Shown here: positions 31,924 through 45,578 of the stretch, piece after piece
Layout: every line of letters starts with the position of its first letter
Position numbering within the stretch: the first letter of the stretch is position 1
NCBI GenBank assembly: GCA_963732105.1
Contig: CAVSYL010000010.1
Span: forward strand, 471,290 to 535,289
Length of the DNA: 64,000 bases
Direction of reading: 5' to 3'
DNA from: an uncultured beta proteobacterium
Lineage (GTDB): Bacteria > Pseudomonadota > Gammaproteobacteria > Burkholderiales > Casimicrobiaceae
Program-made: the position numbers and the translations under genes
Notes under the pieces: model-generated
What the model was told of the DNA's origin: nothing
The model's database searches: none
Seen by the model: only the letters and a program-made list of their open reading frames with translations

Positions 31924-33105
31924 TTGAAGTCCGGATCCAGTGCCCTGACCGCGCTCGTAGTGACGCTGGCGATTCAGGCGTTCACGTCGCTCGCGGCGAC
32001 CGCAACGGCCGTGCTCGCGCCGGAAATGGGTCCGGAACTCGGCCTGAACCCGAAGCTGATTGGTGTGTTCGTGGGCGTCCTGTATCTCGGAGCGATGCTG
32101 GCCAGTCTCGCCTCGGGTGGATTCATCGAGCGGTACGGAGCCATTCGCGTCTCGCAGGTTTGCGCGCTGGTGTGTGCAATTGGACTCGTGTTGACCACCG
32201 GCCCCGCGTGGGCATTGCTCATTGCGCCGGTACTGATCGGCATCGGCTACGGTCCGATCACGCCGGCATCGTCACAACTTCTCGCGCGCACTGCGTCGCC
32301 GCGCAGGATGGCATTGACGTTTTCGATCAAGCAGACGGGGGTGCCGCTGGGCGCCGCGCTCGCGGGGATATTGCTGCCGCTGATTACTTCGAACCACGGC
32401 TGGCGCGCCGCGATCTGGGCGGTCGCGGGCTCCGGCGTCGTTATCGCACTTTGCGCGCAGCCGACGCGTGCCACGCTCGACGTCGGCCTCGCCCTTGAGC
32501 ACCGCATCTCGATCGAACGGCTGTTCGCCCCCGTGAAGCTGGTGCTGCGCAGCCCGAAGCTGCTCGAGCTGACCATCACCGGCTTCGTCTACGCGGCGAC
32601 GCAGGCGTGCCTGCTGAGTTTTCTGGTGATCTACCTAAGCCAGGAACTCGGTTTCACGTTGATCGACGCGGGACTCACCCTGGCCGTGGCGACGGCCGGC
32701 GGCGTGGTCGGTCGCATCAGCTGGGGCGTGGTCGCGGATCGATGGGTCGCGCCGCGACGCATGCTCGGCCTGCTCGGCGTCATCGCTGGTGCCTGTGCGC
32801 TCGGCGCGGCGAATTTCGCGCCGGCATGGCCGACATGGGTCGAAAGCGCGGCTTGCGCGCTGTTCGGCATGACGGCCATCGGCTGGAACGGGGTGCAACT
32901 TGCGGAAGTAGCCCGCCATTCGCCTCGTGGCAAAGCTGGCGCAATCACAGGTGCGTCCGGGTTCATCACCTTCGCCGGCGTGGTCGTTGGGCCTCCTGCG
33001 TTTGCGTTGCTGGCGACAGTGACTGGTAGTTACGCCAGCGGTTTCGGAATGGTGGGCGTCGCCAGTTTTGTCTGTGGCGCGTGGTTGCTGCGGCGCAAGG
33101 CGTAG
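31924..33105 (+). CDS. MFS transporter
   Basis: 393 aa with a TTG start and about 12 hydrophobic segments in two 6-TM halves. Confidence 0.7.
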   Translation: MKSGSSALTALVVTLAIQAFTSLAATATAVLAPEMGPELGLNPKLIGVFVGVLYLGAMLASLASGGFIERYGAIRVSQVCALVCAIGLVLTTGPAWALLIAPVLIGIGYGPITPASSQLLARTASPRRMALTFSIKQTGVPLGAALAGILLPLITSNHGWRAAIWAVAGSGVVIALCAQPTRATLDVGLALEHRISIERLFAPVKLVLRSPKLLELTITGFVYAATQACLLSFLVIYLSQELGFTLIDAGLTLAVATAGGVVGRISWGVVADRWVAPRRMLGLLGVIAGACALGAANFAPAWPTWVESAACALFGMTAIGWNGVQLAEVARHSPRGKAGAITGASGFITFAGVVVGPPAFALLATVTGSYASGFGMVGVASFVCGAWLLRRKA

Positions 33106-33130
33106 CCGCACCACCCGCAACGTAAGCCGT

Positions 33131-33160
33131 TTGAATACCAGCGCATGCGCGTGGTATCGT
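33131..33160 (+). promoter_or_regulatory. candidate promoter overlapping a 23-bp near-palindrome upstream of aceE
   Basis: TTGAAT (33131-36), an 18-nt spacer, TATCGT (33155-60). ATACCA-GCGCATGCGCg-TGGTAT spans 33135-33157, about 137 bp upstream of the aceE ATG. Confidence 0.3.
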
Positions 33161-33293
33161 AAACAACCAACGGATCGCCTTCGTGCCGCGAATCCGCACG
33201 CCATGGGTTGATTAGGCGCTTTCCATCCGCACCCGATCCGTTCGCCCGCACGTCCCGCCGTCGTAACGTCATTGTTGCAAGGAGCAAGCCGCC

Positions 33294-35948
<2,655 letters not shown>

Positions 35949-35979
35949 TCCGATGCAACATGAGAATCAGGGGCTCGGC

Positions 35980-37701
35980 ATGAGCACAATCGAAGTCAAG
36001 GTTCCCGACATCGGCGACTTCACCGACGTTCCGGTCATCGAGGTGTTCGTCAAGCCGGGTGACGCCGTTAAAGCCGAGGATTCGCTCGTCACACTCGAAT
36101 CCGACAAGGCGACGATGGATGTTCCCGCACCTATCGCGGGCGTTGTAAAGGAGCTCAAGGTCAAACTCGGCGACAAGGTGAGCGAAGGCAGCGTCATCCT
36201 CACGCTCGACGCAGCGGGCGCTGGCGCACCGACAGCGAAGGCGGCTCCCGCGGCGGCCGCAGCGGCACCGACCACAGTAGCACCGGCCACAGTGCCCGCG
36301 CCGGCAGCGGCGAGTGCGTCCGTCGGGACCACCGCTGCGGTGACCGCCGTCAAGGTACCGGATATCGGCGATTTCAAGGACGTTCCGATCATCGAGGTCT
36401 TTGTGAAAGCCGGTGACGCGGTCAAAGCAGAGGATTCGCTCGTCTCGCTCGAATCGGAGAAAGCGACCATGGACGTCCCGGCGCCAAGCGCTGGGGTAGT
36501 CAAGGAACTCAAGGTCAAGCTCGGCGACAAGGTGAGCGAAGGCAGCGTGATCCTTCTGCTCGAGGCTTCTGGCGGCGCAGCTGCGCCCAGTGGCGTAGCC
36601 GCGCCCGCGCCGACCGCGGCCGCAGTTCCCACACCAACGGCACCCACCCCAACTGCACCCACCCCAACTGCACCTGCCCCAACTGCACCTGCCCCTGCAC
36701 CTTCGCCCCCGCAGCCACGGGCGGATAAGGCTACGGCGCCTGCCGTCGGCACGACGAGCATCGACGCAACGAGTTTCAAGAACGCACATGCGTCACCTTC
36801 AGTACGCGCCTTCGCGCGTGAACTCGGTGTCGATCTGTCCAAGGTCAAAGGCTCCGGGCCAAACGATCGTATTCTCGAGGCGGACGTTCAGAAGTTCGTC
36901 AAAAGCGTCATGAGCGGTGCGACGAGCGCCCCGACGGCTGCGTCGCCGGGCGCGGGTCTGGGTGAGACGCTCGGCCTGCTGCCATGGCCGAAGGTCGATT
37001 TCACGAAATTCGGCGCTATCGAGAGCAAACCGCTGTCGCGAATCAAGAAGATCTCCGGCGCGAATCTGCACCGCAATTGGGTGATGATCCCGCACGTCAC
37101 CAATCACGACGATGCCGATATCACCGACCTCGAAGCATTTCGTGTGCAGCTCAACAAGGAGAACGAGAAGTCGGGGCTGAAAGTGACGATGCTCGCATTC
37201 CTGATCAAGGCCTGCGTCGCGGCGCTGAAGAAGTTTCCGGACTTCAACACCTCGCTCGACGGTGACAATCTGATTTTCAAGCAGTACTACAACATCGGGT
37301 TCGCAGCCGATACGCCCAACGGACTGGTCGTCCCGGTTATCAAGAATGCGGATCAGAAAGGCCTGCTGGCCATCGCTAAGGAAATGACCGAACTTTCCGG
37401 CAAGGCGCGCGAGGGCAAGCTCGGGCCGGCGGACATGCAGGGCGGATGTTTTTCCATCTCGAGCCTCGGCGGAATCGGCGGCACGTATTTCTCGCCGATC
37501 ATCAATGCGCCGGAAGTCGCGATCCTCGGCGTCTGCCGTTCCAGCATGCGCCCGGTCTGGGACGGCAAGCAATTCGTCCCGCGGCTGATCCTGCCGCTAT
37601 CGTTGTCTTTCGATCATCGCGTCGTCGATGGTGCGGCGGCCGCGCGCTTCAACAGCTATCTCATTGCGCTGCTCGCCGATCTGCGGCGCGTCATGCTTTA
37701 G
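35980..37701 (+). CDS. aceF: dihydrolipoyllysine-residue acetyltransferase E2 with two lipoyl domains
   Basis: '[14 protein letters not shown]' start. Two lipoyl domains (ESDKATM / ESEKATM), Ala/Pro linkers, a subunit-binding domain and a catalytic domain with 'SFDHRVVDGA'. Confidence 0.93.
   Translation: MSTIEVKVPDIGDFTDVPVIEVFVKPGDAVKAEDSLVTLESDKATMDVPAPIAGVVKELKVKLGDKVSEGSVILTLDAAGAGAPTAKAAPAAAAAAPTTVAPATVPAPAAASASVGTTAAVTAVKVPDIGDFKDVPIIEVFVKAGDAVKAEDSLVSLESEKATMDVPAPSAGVVKELKVKLGDKVSEGSVILLLEASGGAAAPSGVAAPAPTAAAVPTPTAPTPTAPTPTAPAPTAPAPAPSPPQPRADKATAPAVGTTSIDATSFKNAHASPSVRAFARELGVDLSKVKGSGPNDRILEADVQKFVKSVMSGATSAPTAASPGAGLGETLGLLPWPKVDFTKFGAIESKPLSRIKKISGANLHRNWVMIPHVTNHDDADITDLEAFRVQLNKENEKSGLKVTMLAFLIKACVAALKKFPDFNTSLDGDNLIFKQYYNIGFAADTPNGLVVPVIKNADQKGLLAIAKEMTELSGKAREGKLGPADMQGGCFSISSLGGIGGTYFSPIINAPEVAILGVCRSSMRPVWDGKQFVPRLILPLSLSFDHRVVDGAAAARFNSYLIALLADLRRVML
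36640..36697 (+). repeat. 15-bp tandem repeat (~3.8 copies) inside the aceF Ala/Pro linker
   Basis: GCACCCACCCCAACT x2, then GCACCTGCCCCAACT, then a partial unit. It encodes PTAPT-type repeats. Confidence 0.8.
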
Positions 37702-37708
37702 GACGACC

Positions 37709-39523
37709 ATGGCCGCCATCGAAGTCAAAGTTCCCGATATCGGCGACTTCACCGACGTGCCGGTCATCGAAGTTTTCGTCAAACCCGGCGATGTCGTCAA
37801 AGCCGAGGATTCGCTCGTCACCCTCGAATCCGACAAGGCGACGATGGACGTGCCTTCACCGGCTGCCGGCACGGTGAAAGAACTCAAGATCAAGCTCGGC
37901 GACAAGGTGAGGGAAGGCACCGTGATCCTGACGCTCGAAAGCGCGAGCGCCGCGACACCCGCGAAGCCCCCAGCGCCCGTGGCCGCGGCAGCGGCAGCGG
38001 CCGCCGAGGCGCCCAAACCCGCCGCGGCGCAAGCACCCGTACCCGCGCCATCCGCATCCGCGGCTGCAAGCTTCGCGGGCAATGCCGATATTGAATGCGA
38101 AATGCTCGTGCTCGGCTCGGGGCCCGGGGGTTACAGCGCGGCTTTCCGGTCCGCCGACCTGGGCATGAAAACGGTGCTCGTCGAGCGCTATGCGACGTTG
38201 GGCGGCGTGTGCCTCAACGTCGGTTGCATTCCGTCGAAAGCACTTCTGCATATCGCGGCGGTGATGGACGAGGTCGCCGTGCTCGGTGAACACGGCGTCG
38301 CGTTCGGCGCGCCGAAAGTCGATCTCGCGAAGCTGCTGGCGTGGAAGAACAAGGTCGTCGGCAAGCTGACCGGTGGTCTCACCGGGATGGCCAAGGCGCG
38401 CAAAGTCGACGTCGTGCGCGGTTACGGAGTTTTCCTCGATGCACACCACGTCGCCGTGGAATTGACCGAGGGAACCGGGCAGCGCAAGACCGGGACAAAG
38501 AAGATCATTCGCTTTCAGAAGGCCATCATCGCGGCGGGTTCGCAGTCGGTGAACCTGCCCTTTGTTCCGGAAGATCCGCGCATCGTCGACTCGACCGGCG
38601 CGCTCGAGTTCAAGACGATGCCCAAACGCATGCTGGTCGTGGGTGGCGGCATCATCGGGCTGGAGATGGGCACCGTGTATTCGAGCCTGGGCGCGCGTCT
38701 CGACGTCGTGGAAATGCTCGACGGACTGATGCAAGGCGCCGACCGCGACCTGGTGAAGGTCTGGGAGAAAATGAACAAGCCGCGCTTTGACCGCGTCATG
38801 CTCAAAACCAAAACGGTTGCCGTCGAAGCGAAAAAAGACGCCATCTACGTGACCTTTGAGGGCGAGCAGGCGCCCGCCGGAGCGCAGCCCTACGACCTCG
38901 TGCTGATGGCGGTCGGCCGCAGCCCGAACGGCAAGAAAATCGGCGCGGAAAAGGCGGGCGTGATCGTCACCGATCGCGGATTCATTCCCGCTGACAACCA
39001 GTTGCGCACCAACGTGCCTCACATCTTCGCGATCGGCGACATCATCGGCCAGCCGATGCTCGCACACAAGGCGACACACGAAGGGCACGTCGCTGCCGAG
39101 GCCGCGGCCGGCCAGAAGTCTTTCTTCGACGCCCGCGTTATTCCGTCGGTCGCCTACACCGATCCGGAAATCGCATGGGTGGGTGTAACCGAGGATGAAG
39201 CCAAGGCCAAGGGCATCAAGGTACAGAAGGCCCTGTTTCCGTGGGCAGCGTCTGGCCGCGCGATCGCCAATGGCCGCGACGAGGGCTTCACCAAGCTGCT
39301 GTTCGACGCCGACACCCATCGCATCGTCGGTGGCGGCATCGTCGGTACACATGCCGGCGACTTGATCAGTGAGGTTGCGCTTGCCGTCGAGATGGGCGCC
39401 AATGCCGTCGACATCGGCAGGACCATTCATCCGCATCCGACGCTGTCGGAGTCGATCGGGCTTGCCGCGGAAGCCTTCGAAGGGGTCTGCACGGATTTGC
39501 CGCCGGCGCGCAAAAAAGCATGA
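37709..39523 (+). CDS. lpdA: dihydrolipoyl dehydrogenase E3 with an N-terminal lipoyl domain
   Basis: '[22 protein letters not shown]...[10 protein letters not shown]' lipoyl domain, an Ala/Pro linker, then '[15 protein letters not shown]', '[13 protein letters not shown]' and a C-terminal 'HPHPTLSE'. Confidence 0.93.
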   Translation: MAAIEVKVPDIGDFTDVPVIEVFVKPGDVVKAEDSLVTLESDKATMDVPSPAAGTVKELKIKLGDKVREGTVILTLESASAATPAKPPAPVAAAAAAAAEAPKPAAAQAPVPAPSASAAASFAGNADIECEMLVLGSGPGGYSAAFRSADLGMKTVLVERYATLGGVCLNVGCIPSKALLHIAAVMDEVAVLGEHGVAFGAPKVDLAKLLAWKNKVVGKLTGGLTGMAKARKVDVVRGYGVFLDAHHVAVELTEGTGQRKTGTKKIIRFQKAIIAAGSQSVNLPFVPEDPRIVDSTGALEFKTMPKRMLVVGGGIIGLEMGTVYSSLGARLDVVEMLDGLMQGADRDLVKVWEKMNKPRFDRVMLKTKTVAVEAKKDAIYVTFEGEQAPAGAQPYDLVLMAVGRSPNGKKIGAEKAGVIVTDRGFIPADNQLRTNVPHIFAIGDIIGQPMLAHKATHEGHVAAEAAAGQKSFFDARVIPSVAYTDPEIAWVGVTEDEAKAKGIKVQKALFPWAASGRAIANGRDEGFTKLLFDADTHRIVGGGIVGTHAGDLISEVALAVEMGANAVDIGRTIHPHPTLSESIGLAAEAFEGVCTDLPPARKKA

Positions 39524-40188
39524 CACAGGACGAGCAGAAACAGGCCGTCGCGCGCGAAGCGATCAAGTACGTCGTCGCGGGCGCGTTCCTCGGCGTAGGG
39601 AGCGGCACGACCGCGAACTTCTTCATCGACGAGTTGGCGAAGATCAAGAGCCGCGTCAAAGGCGCCGTCGCGAGCTCGGTGCGGACCGCCGATCGCCTCA
39701 AGAGCCACGGCATACCGGTAGTCGATCTGCAGGAGGTTGATTACCTGCCCGTCTACATCGACGGCGCAGATGAAGTGACCGAGCATGGCGCCATGATCAA
39801 GGGGGGTGGCGGCGCGCTCACGCGGGAGAAGATCGTTGCCGCGGTCGCCGAAAAATTCGTGTGCATCGTCGACGCATCCAAGCTGGTCGGCGTGCTCGGT
39901 GAGTTTCCGCTGCCGGTCGAAGTCATCCCGATGGCGCGCAGCATCGTCGCGCAGGACCTCGTCAAGCTGGGCGGCCAGCCGCAGTTGCGCGAGAACTTCA
40001 TTACGGACAACGGCAATCTGGTGCTGGATGTGGCAGACATGACGATTCTGAATCCGGCCGAACTGGAAGGACAGATCAACCACATTGTCGGCGTCGTCAC
40101 CAACGGGCTGTTCGCGCGCCGTGGCGCCGACGTGATCCTGATCGGCACTGACACGGGTGTGCGCACGCTCGACGCACACAAGTTCTGA
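39520..40188 (+). CDS. rpiA: ribose-5-phosphate isomerase A
   Basis: 222 aa with '[13 protein letters not shown]', 'YIDGADEV' and '[13 protein letters not shown]'. Confidence 0.9.
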   Translation: MTQDEQKQAVAREAIKYVVAGAFLGVGSGTTANFFIDELAKIKSRVKGAVASSVRTADRLKSHGIPVVDLQEVDYLPVYIDGADEVTEHGAMIKGGGGALTREKIVAAVAEKFVCIVDASKLVGVLGEFPLPVEVIPMARSIVAQDLVKLGGQPQLRENFITDNGNLVLDVADMTILNPAELEGQINHIVGVVTNGLFARRGADVILIGTDTGVRTLDAHKF

Positions 40189-40249
40189 GCCACTACGGTC
40201 GCGCGTCCGGGCAGCGAAGGCCCCCATCCGGATCGGTTAGAATGCGCGG

Positions 40250-41530
40250 ATGACGAATCTCAACGTCCCGGGCCTGGACCTGCCCGCGTACATGCGCGAG
40301 GTGGGGGAGCGTGCGCGCACCGCATCGCGTGCGCTGGCGCGCGCCAGTACGAGCGCGAAAGACGGCGCGTTGCTGGCGATGGCCCGTGCCATCCGTCGCG
40401 ATGAAGCGAAGCTGCTGGCCGCGAATGCACGCGACATCGCCGCGGCGAAGACCTCTGGCAGCGACGCTGCATTCATCGACCGGCTCGCGCTTTCCTCGAA
40501 ATCGATCGCCGCCATGGCGGACGGGCTCGGGCAGATCGCGGCCTTGCGCGACCCCGTCGGCGAGATCGGCGAGTTGCGTTACCGGCCGACCGGCATTCAG
40601 GTTGGCAAGATGCGCGTACCGCTCGGGGTCGTGGGCATCATCTACGAATCGAGGCCCAACGTCACCGCCGATGCAGCGGCCCTCTGCCTCAAGTCCGGCA
40701 ACGCGTGCATCCTGCGCGGCGGTTCTGAAGCTCTGCACAGCAACCAGGCCATCGCGGCATGCGTCCACGAGGGTCTGTCGGCCGCTGGCTTGCCGGTCGA
40801 CGCCGTCCAGGTGATCGCCACGACGGATCGCGCAGCGGTCGGGCTGCTGATCGCCGATGAGCAACACGTCGACGTGATCGTCCCCCGCGGCGGCAAGGGC
40901 CTGATCGAGCGCGTCGCTCGCGAGGCGAAGGTCCCGGTCATCAAACATCTCGACGGCGTATGTCACGTATTCATCGACGAGTTTGCGGACATCGACATGG
41001 CCGTGCGCATCGCCGACAACGCCAAGACGCAACGCTACAGCCCCTGCAACACGATGGAAACATTGCTCGTGCACGCGAAGATTGCCGCGCGGGTTCTTCC
41101 ACCGCTGTGCCGCATCTACCTGGACAAGGGCGTGGAATTGCGCGGCGATTCGGCCGCACAGGCGTTGGTCAGCGCCATGAAACCCGCCAGCGAACACGAC
41201 TGGACCACCGAGTATCTCGCGCCAATCCTGGCAATTCGCATCGTCGACAGCCTGGACGCCGCGATCGAGCACATTGCGCGCTACGGGTCGCAGCACACCG
41301 ACGCCATCGTTACCGCCGATTACGCCAACGCCATGCGCTTTCTGCGCGAGGTCGATTCGAGTTCGGTGTTGATCAACGCGTCGACACGTTTTGCCGATGG
41401 CTTCGAATACGGCCTCGGCGCCGAAATTGGCATCTCGACGAACAAGCTCCATGCGCGCGGACCTGTCGGTCTCGAGGGCCTGACCAGCGAGAAGTGGGTC
41501 GTGTTCGGTAGCGGTCAGATTCGCGCGTAA
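40250..41530 (+). CDS. proA: glutamate-5-semialdehyde dehydrogenase
   Basis: 426 aa with '[14 protein letters not shown]', '[10 protein letters not shown]' and '[10 protein letters not shown]'. Confidence 0.93.
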   Translation: MTNLNVPGLDLPAYMREVGERARTASRALARASTSAKDGALLAMARAIRRDEAKLLAANARDIAAAKTSGSDAAFIDRLALSSKSIAAMADGLGQIAALRDPVGEIGELRYRPTGIQVGKMRVPLGVVGIIYESRPNVTADAAALCLKSGNACILRGGSEALHSNQAIAACVHEGLSAAGLPVDAVQVIATTDRAAVGLLIADEQHVDVIVPRGGKGLIERVAREAKVPVIKHLDGVCHVFIDEFADIDMAVRIADNAKTQRYSPCNTMETLLVHAKIAARVLPPLCRIYLDKGVELRGDSAAQALVSAMKPASEHDWTTEYLAPILAIRIVDSLDAAIEHIARYGSQHTDAIVTADYANAMRFLREVDSSSVLINASTRFADGFEYGLGAEIGISTNKLHARGPVGLEGLTSEKWVVFGSGQIRA

Positions 41531-41572
41531 CGTGGTGCGTACGCGGCGCCGCGCGCGAGGCTAGCACCGTCG

Positions 41573-42443
41573 ATGTCGTCCTCCGTTTCGATTTCCATCG
41601 CCACCAACACGGCGATCGCCGCCGCCAAGGGCTTCGGCTGGCTGGTCACCGCGTCACCGACGTTGTTCGCCGAGACGATCCATTCGGTGGCTGACGTCGC
41701 CAATCAGATTCTGCTGAAAGTCGGCGAAGTACGCGGCCGGCGCGGCCCCGACGCCATGCATCCGTTCGGCCGCGGGCAGGAAAGATTCTTCTGGGCGTTG
41801 GTGTCGGCCGTCAGCGTTTTCTTCATCGGCTGCGGCGTCAATATCTACCACGGCGTGCAAGCCCTCCTGCAGCAACGACCGGTGGAGCCGTTCACGCCGC
41901 TGGTGCTCGGCCTGTTGCTGTTCGCGCTGGCGCTGGAGTCGTTTACCTTCGTCGTGGCAATCCGCGAGATCGGCGGGTGGAAGGGGCTCGCCGAGAACCG
42001 CACCAACACCACCGTACTCGCGGTCGTGCTGGAAGACGCGGTGGCGCTGCTCGGCATTCTGCTTACGCTGCTCGTTGCCGGGGTATCGTTTGTGCTTGGG
42101 CCACGCCCGGTGTTCGATGCGGCCGTCGCGATCACCGTTGGCGTGCTGCTCGGCGCCATGGCGCTTTTTCTCGCCGCGCTCAACCGCCGGTTGCTCATCG
42201 ACTTCGCCGATCCTGCCTTGGATCGCCTCGTCGCGGCATTCCTGGCCGAGCATCGAGTGTCGGCCGATGTCAGCTCCATCGTGGTTGACGATGGTCACGC
42301 CATCGTGTTCGTCCACGTCCGCCCCGGCGACGGGAATATTCCAGGCGGATTCGATTCGACAGGCGATCGGCAAGGAACTGCAGCGCCACGCGCTGGAGCG
42401 CGGACGGACAACGATCGACGACGTTTACTGGAAAGGCCTCTAG
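41573..42443 (+). pseudogene. cation diffusion facilitator family transporter, 3' end in a different frame (break about 42300-42345)
   Basis: The main ORF has the CDF TM core ('ETIHSVADVANQILL'). After 'VHVRPGDGNI' it turns into an Arg-rich tail that runs into the convergent gene. The +1 frame gives the plausible end 'ADSIRQAIGKELQRHALERGRTTIDDVYWKGL*' at 42443. Confidence 0.65.
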
Positions 42444-42461
42444 CGCATTGGCCCATCCGCG

Positions 42462-43638
42462 CTAGAACGACCGCGGCATGCCGAGCACGTGCTCGCCGAC
42501 GTAGGACAAGATGAGGTTGGTGGAGATCGGCGCGACCTGATAGAGGCGCGTCTCGCGGAATTTGCGCTCGACGTCGAACTCGCACGCGAAGCCGAATCCG
42601 CCATGCGTCTGCAGGCACGCGTTAGCGGCTTCCCACGATGCCTTGGCGGCAAGCAGCTTGGCCATGTTCGCCTCGGCGCCACACGGCTTGTTCGCGTCGA
42701 ACAACGCACAAGCTCGAAAGCGCATCAGATTCGCCGCTTCAAGTTCGATGTAACCTTCGGCGATCGGAAATTGCACCGCCCTGATTTCTGCCGATCGGCC
42801 GCTCGAAGACGATACGATCGCTGGCGTAGCGACGCGCCTTGTCGACGAACCACCAGCCGTCACCGATGCACTCCGCGGCGATCAGCGTGCGCTCGGCATT
42901 CAGGCCGTCGAGAATGTACCGGAAGCCCTTGCCTTCCTCGCCGATAAGGCTGTCCGCGGGGATCTCGAGGTCGTCGAAGAACACTTCGTTGGTTTCATGG
43001 TTGACCATGTTCGGAATGGGGCGCACGGTCATGCCGCCTTGGCCGTCGCGTTTTGCCTCCCGCAAGTCGACGAGGAACACGCTCATGCCGTCCGCCTTGC
43101 GCTTGACTTCGGCGAGCGGCGTCGTCCGTGCGAGGACGATCATCAGGTCCGAATGCTGCAGGCGCGATGTCCACACTTTCTGGCCGTTGAGCACGTACCG
43201 GTCGCCCTTGCGCACCGCCGTCGTTTTCAGTCTGGTCGTATCGGTGCCGGTGGTCGGCTCGGTAACCGCCATCGACTGCAAACGAAGCTCGCCGCTGGCA
43301 ATGCTCGGAAGATACGCGCGCTTCTGCGTCTGCGACCCATGGCGCAGCACGGTCCCCATGTTGTACATCTGGCCGTGGCAGGCGCCGGCATTGCCGCCGC
43401 TGAGATTGATTTCCTCCATGATCACCGACGCCTCGGCCAGCCCCAGTCCGGAGCCACCGTATTCGGCGGGAATCATCGCGGCGAGCCACCCCGCGCGCGT
43501 AAGTTCATCGACAAACGCCTCGGGATATCCGCGCGCGGCGTCGATTTTCTGCCAATACGCCGAATCGAATTTCCTGCACAGCGCGCGCACTGCTTCGCGC
43601 AAGTCCTGGTATTCGTCGGGAGCCGGTATCGCGTTCAC
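42462..43638 (-). pseudogene. acyl-CoA dehydrogenase, frame broken near 42773-42782
   Basis: ORF 42739..43638 holds the N-terminal and middle domains. ORF 42462..42863 holds the C-terminal helical domain. The junction reads 'IVFERPIGRNQG|VQFPIAEGYIELEAANLM' if one G of GGCGGTG is removed. Confidence 0.85.
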
Positions 43639-43668
43639 CTTCCTCCTCCAGATGAAGTGCAGGTACTC

Positions 43669-44859
43669 TCAGCCCTTCGCCGCCGCCGTCGGACGATGCT
43701 GGCGTATCCAGGTCAGCCACAGCGTCGCCACAGCCACGATCGCGAGAAACGGCAACGCGCCGAGATTCATCCATTCCCAGCCGGCAGCGCTGACCAGTGC
43801 ACCGGACGAAAACGACGAAACGACCATGACCGTGAACACGATCGCATCGTTGAGACCCTGAGTTTTGGCCTTTTCGGCGGGCGCGTAGGTTTCTGTCAAA
43901 AGAGTCGTCCCGCCGGTGTACATGAAGTTCCAGCCCATGCCAAGCAGCACCAGCGCCACCCAGAACTGCCAAATCGCGATTCCCGACAGCGCGACAACGA
44001 CGCAGCTCGCCATCAGCAGCGCGCCCGCCACGATGACCTTGAGCGCGCCGAAGCGCTTGATCAGCGAACCGGTGTAGAAGCCTGGCGCGTACATGCCGAC
44101 GACGTGCCATTCGATCACGAACGCCGCCGCGCTGAAGGGATGCCCGCAAAAGCCCATCGCCAACGGCGTGGCCGTCATCAGCAGATTCATGATGCCGTAG
44201 CCGAGCGCAGCGGCAAGCACCGCGACGACGAACACGGGTTGCGCAGCGATTTCGCGCAACGGGCGCCCGTCACCCGTGCGTTCGGCGGCGGACGGCGCGG
44301 GAACACGCACTTGCGACTGCACGGCCATGGCGATCAACGCGATCGCCGACAGCACGACGAAGGATCCGAGGAAAGGTACCCCCAGCAGGTCCTTTGCCCA
44401 AACGGCAGCCGTGGGACCGATAAAGCCCCCCACGATGCCGCCGGCGAGCACCAGCGAAATCGCCTTCGCCTTGAACGCAGGTGCGGCGACCTCGGCAGCG
44501 GCGAAGCGATACTGCAGGCCGAACGCCGTATAGACGCCGACGATCGCGGTGCCAAGGCAATACAGCAAAAAACTGGACTCGGCGATGCCCAGCGCGCAGG
44601 TCGCGCTGCCGACGATCGCGATCAGCGATCCAGTCATGAAACCACGTCGGCGACCCACGCGCGCCATGTATAGTGCGGCGGGCATCGCGGCTAACGCGGA
44701 TCCCAGGACATAGCTCGTGACCCCGAGCGTCGCGAACGTCTTGTTGTCGACCAGCGCGTAGCCGACCAGGCCGTTCATCGCGATGAGCCCGGCGTTATTG
44801 ACGAGCAGGAGCGCCTGGCAGCAGGCGAGGAGCGCGATGTCGCGGTACGAGGTTTGCAT
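43669..44859 (-). CDS. MFS transporter
   Basis: About 396 aa from internal Met 'MQTSYRDIALLACCQALLL', with 12 predicted TM segments. Confidence 0.7.
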   Translation of the reverse strand: MQTSYRDIALLACCQALLLVNNAGLIAMNGLVGYALVDNKTFATLGVTSYVLGSALAAMPAALYMARVGRRRGFMTGSLIAIVGSATCALGIAESSFLLYCLGTAIVGVYTAFGLQYRFAAAEVAAPAFKAKAISLVLAGGIVGGFIGPTAAVWAKDLLGVPFLGSFVVLSAIALIAMAVQSQVRVPAPSAAERTGDGRPLREIAAQPVFVVAVLAAALGYGIMNLLMTATPLAMGFCGHPFSAAAFVIEWHVVGMYAPGFYTGSLIKRFGALKVIVAGALLMASCVVVALSGIAIWQFWVALVLLGMGWNFMYTGGTTLLTETYAPAEKAKTQGLNDAIVFTVMVVSSFSSGALVSAAGWEWMNLGALPFLAIVAVATLWLTWIRQHRPTAAAKG

Positions 44860-44954
44860 CGGGTCGCAGACTGCGATGCGACGCGCAACACGTGGCACTA
44901 CACTGTGCGAAGCATTGCATTGCGCCGACATTACGACTATATCAGCGAATCAAC

Positions 44955-45540
44955 ATGGCCGCGAACCCACCATTGCGCGACGAGATCCTCGATTTCTGGT
45001 TCGGGCGCCCCGGCGCTCCCGGCTACGGCAAGACTCGCGACGAGTGGTTTCGAAAGGATGCCGATTTCGATGCGGCATTGCGGGCGAGCTTTGGAAGTGC
45101 GATCGACACAGCGCTGGCGGGAGGCTTTGCCGAGTGGGTCGACCCGCGCGGCGCCGTGGCGCGCGTGCTGTTGCTCGATCAATTCACGCGCAACAGCTTT
45201 CGCAATACGCCGCGTGCGTTTGCCGGCGACCCACTGGCGCTATCGATCGCGCAGAAAGCGATCGAGCGCAAGGTCGATGCCGGCCTGATCCCGGTCGAGC
45301 GCTGGTTCCTGTACCTGCCTTTCGAGCACGCGGAGTCGTTGCTGGCGCAGCAGCGGTCGATCGAACTGTTTACGCAGCTGGCGACCGAAACCGGAATGGC
45401 CGAACCGTTGGCATGGGCGCAGCGGCACGCTGACGTCGTTCGGCAATTTGGCCGCTTTCCGCATCGCAATGCGATACTCGGGCGGCGTGTCGACGCCGGA
45501 AGAACTCGAGTTTCTTGCGTCGCCTGGCTCCCGCTTCTAG
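44955..45540 (+). pseudogene. DUF924-family protein, frame broken near 45484-45490
   Basis: 'ILDFWFG...LLLDQFTRNSFR...FGRFPHRNAILGRR' continues as the conserved end 'STPEELEFLASPGSRF*' only in the +1 frame. In the given frame it runs on and fuses to the next gene (656-aa ORF 44892..46862). Confidence 0.7.
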
Positions 45541-45578
45541 CTGGCCTGATTGCCAATGGCTTCGACGGATCGCAACTG

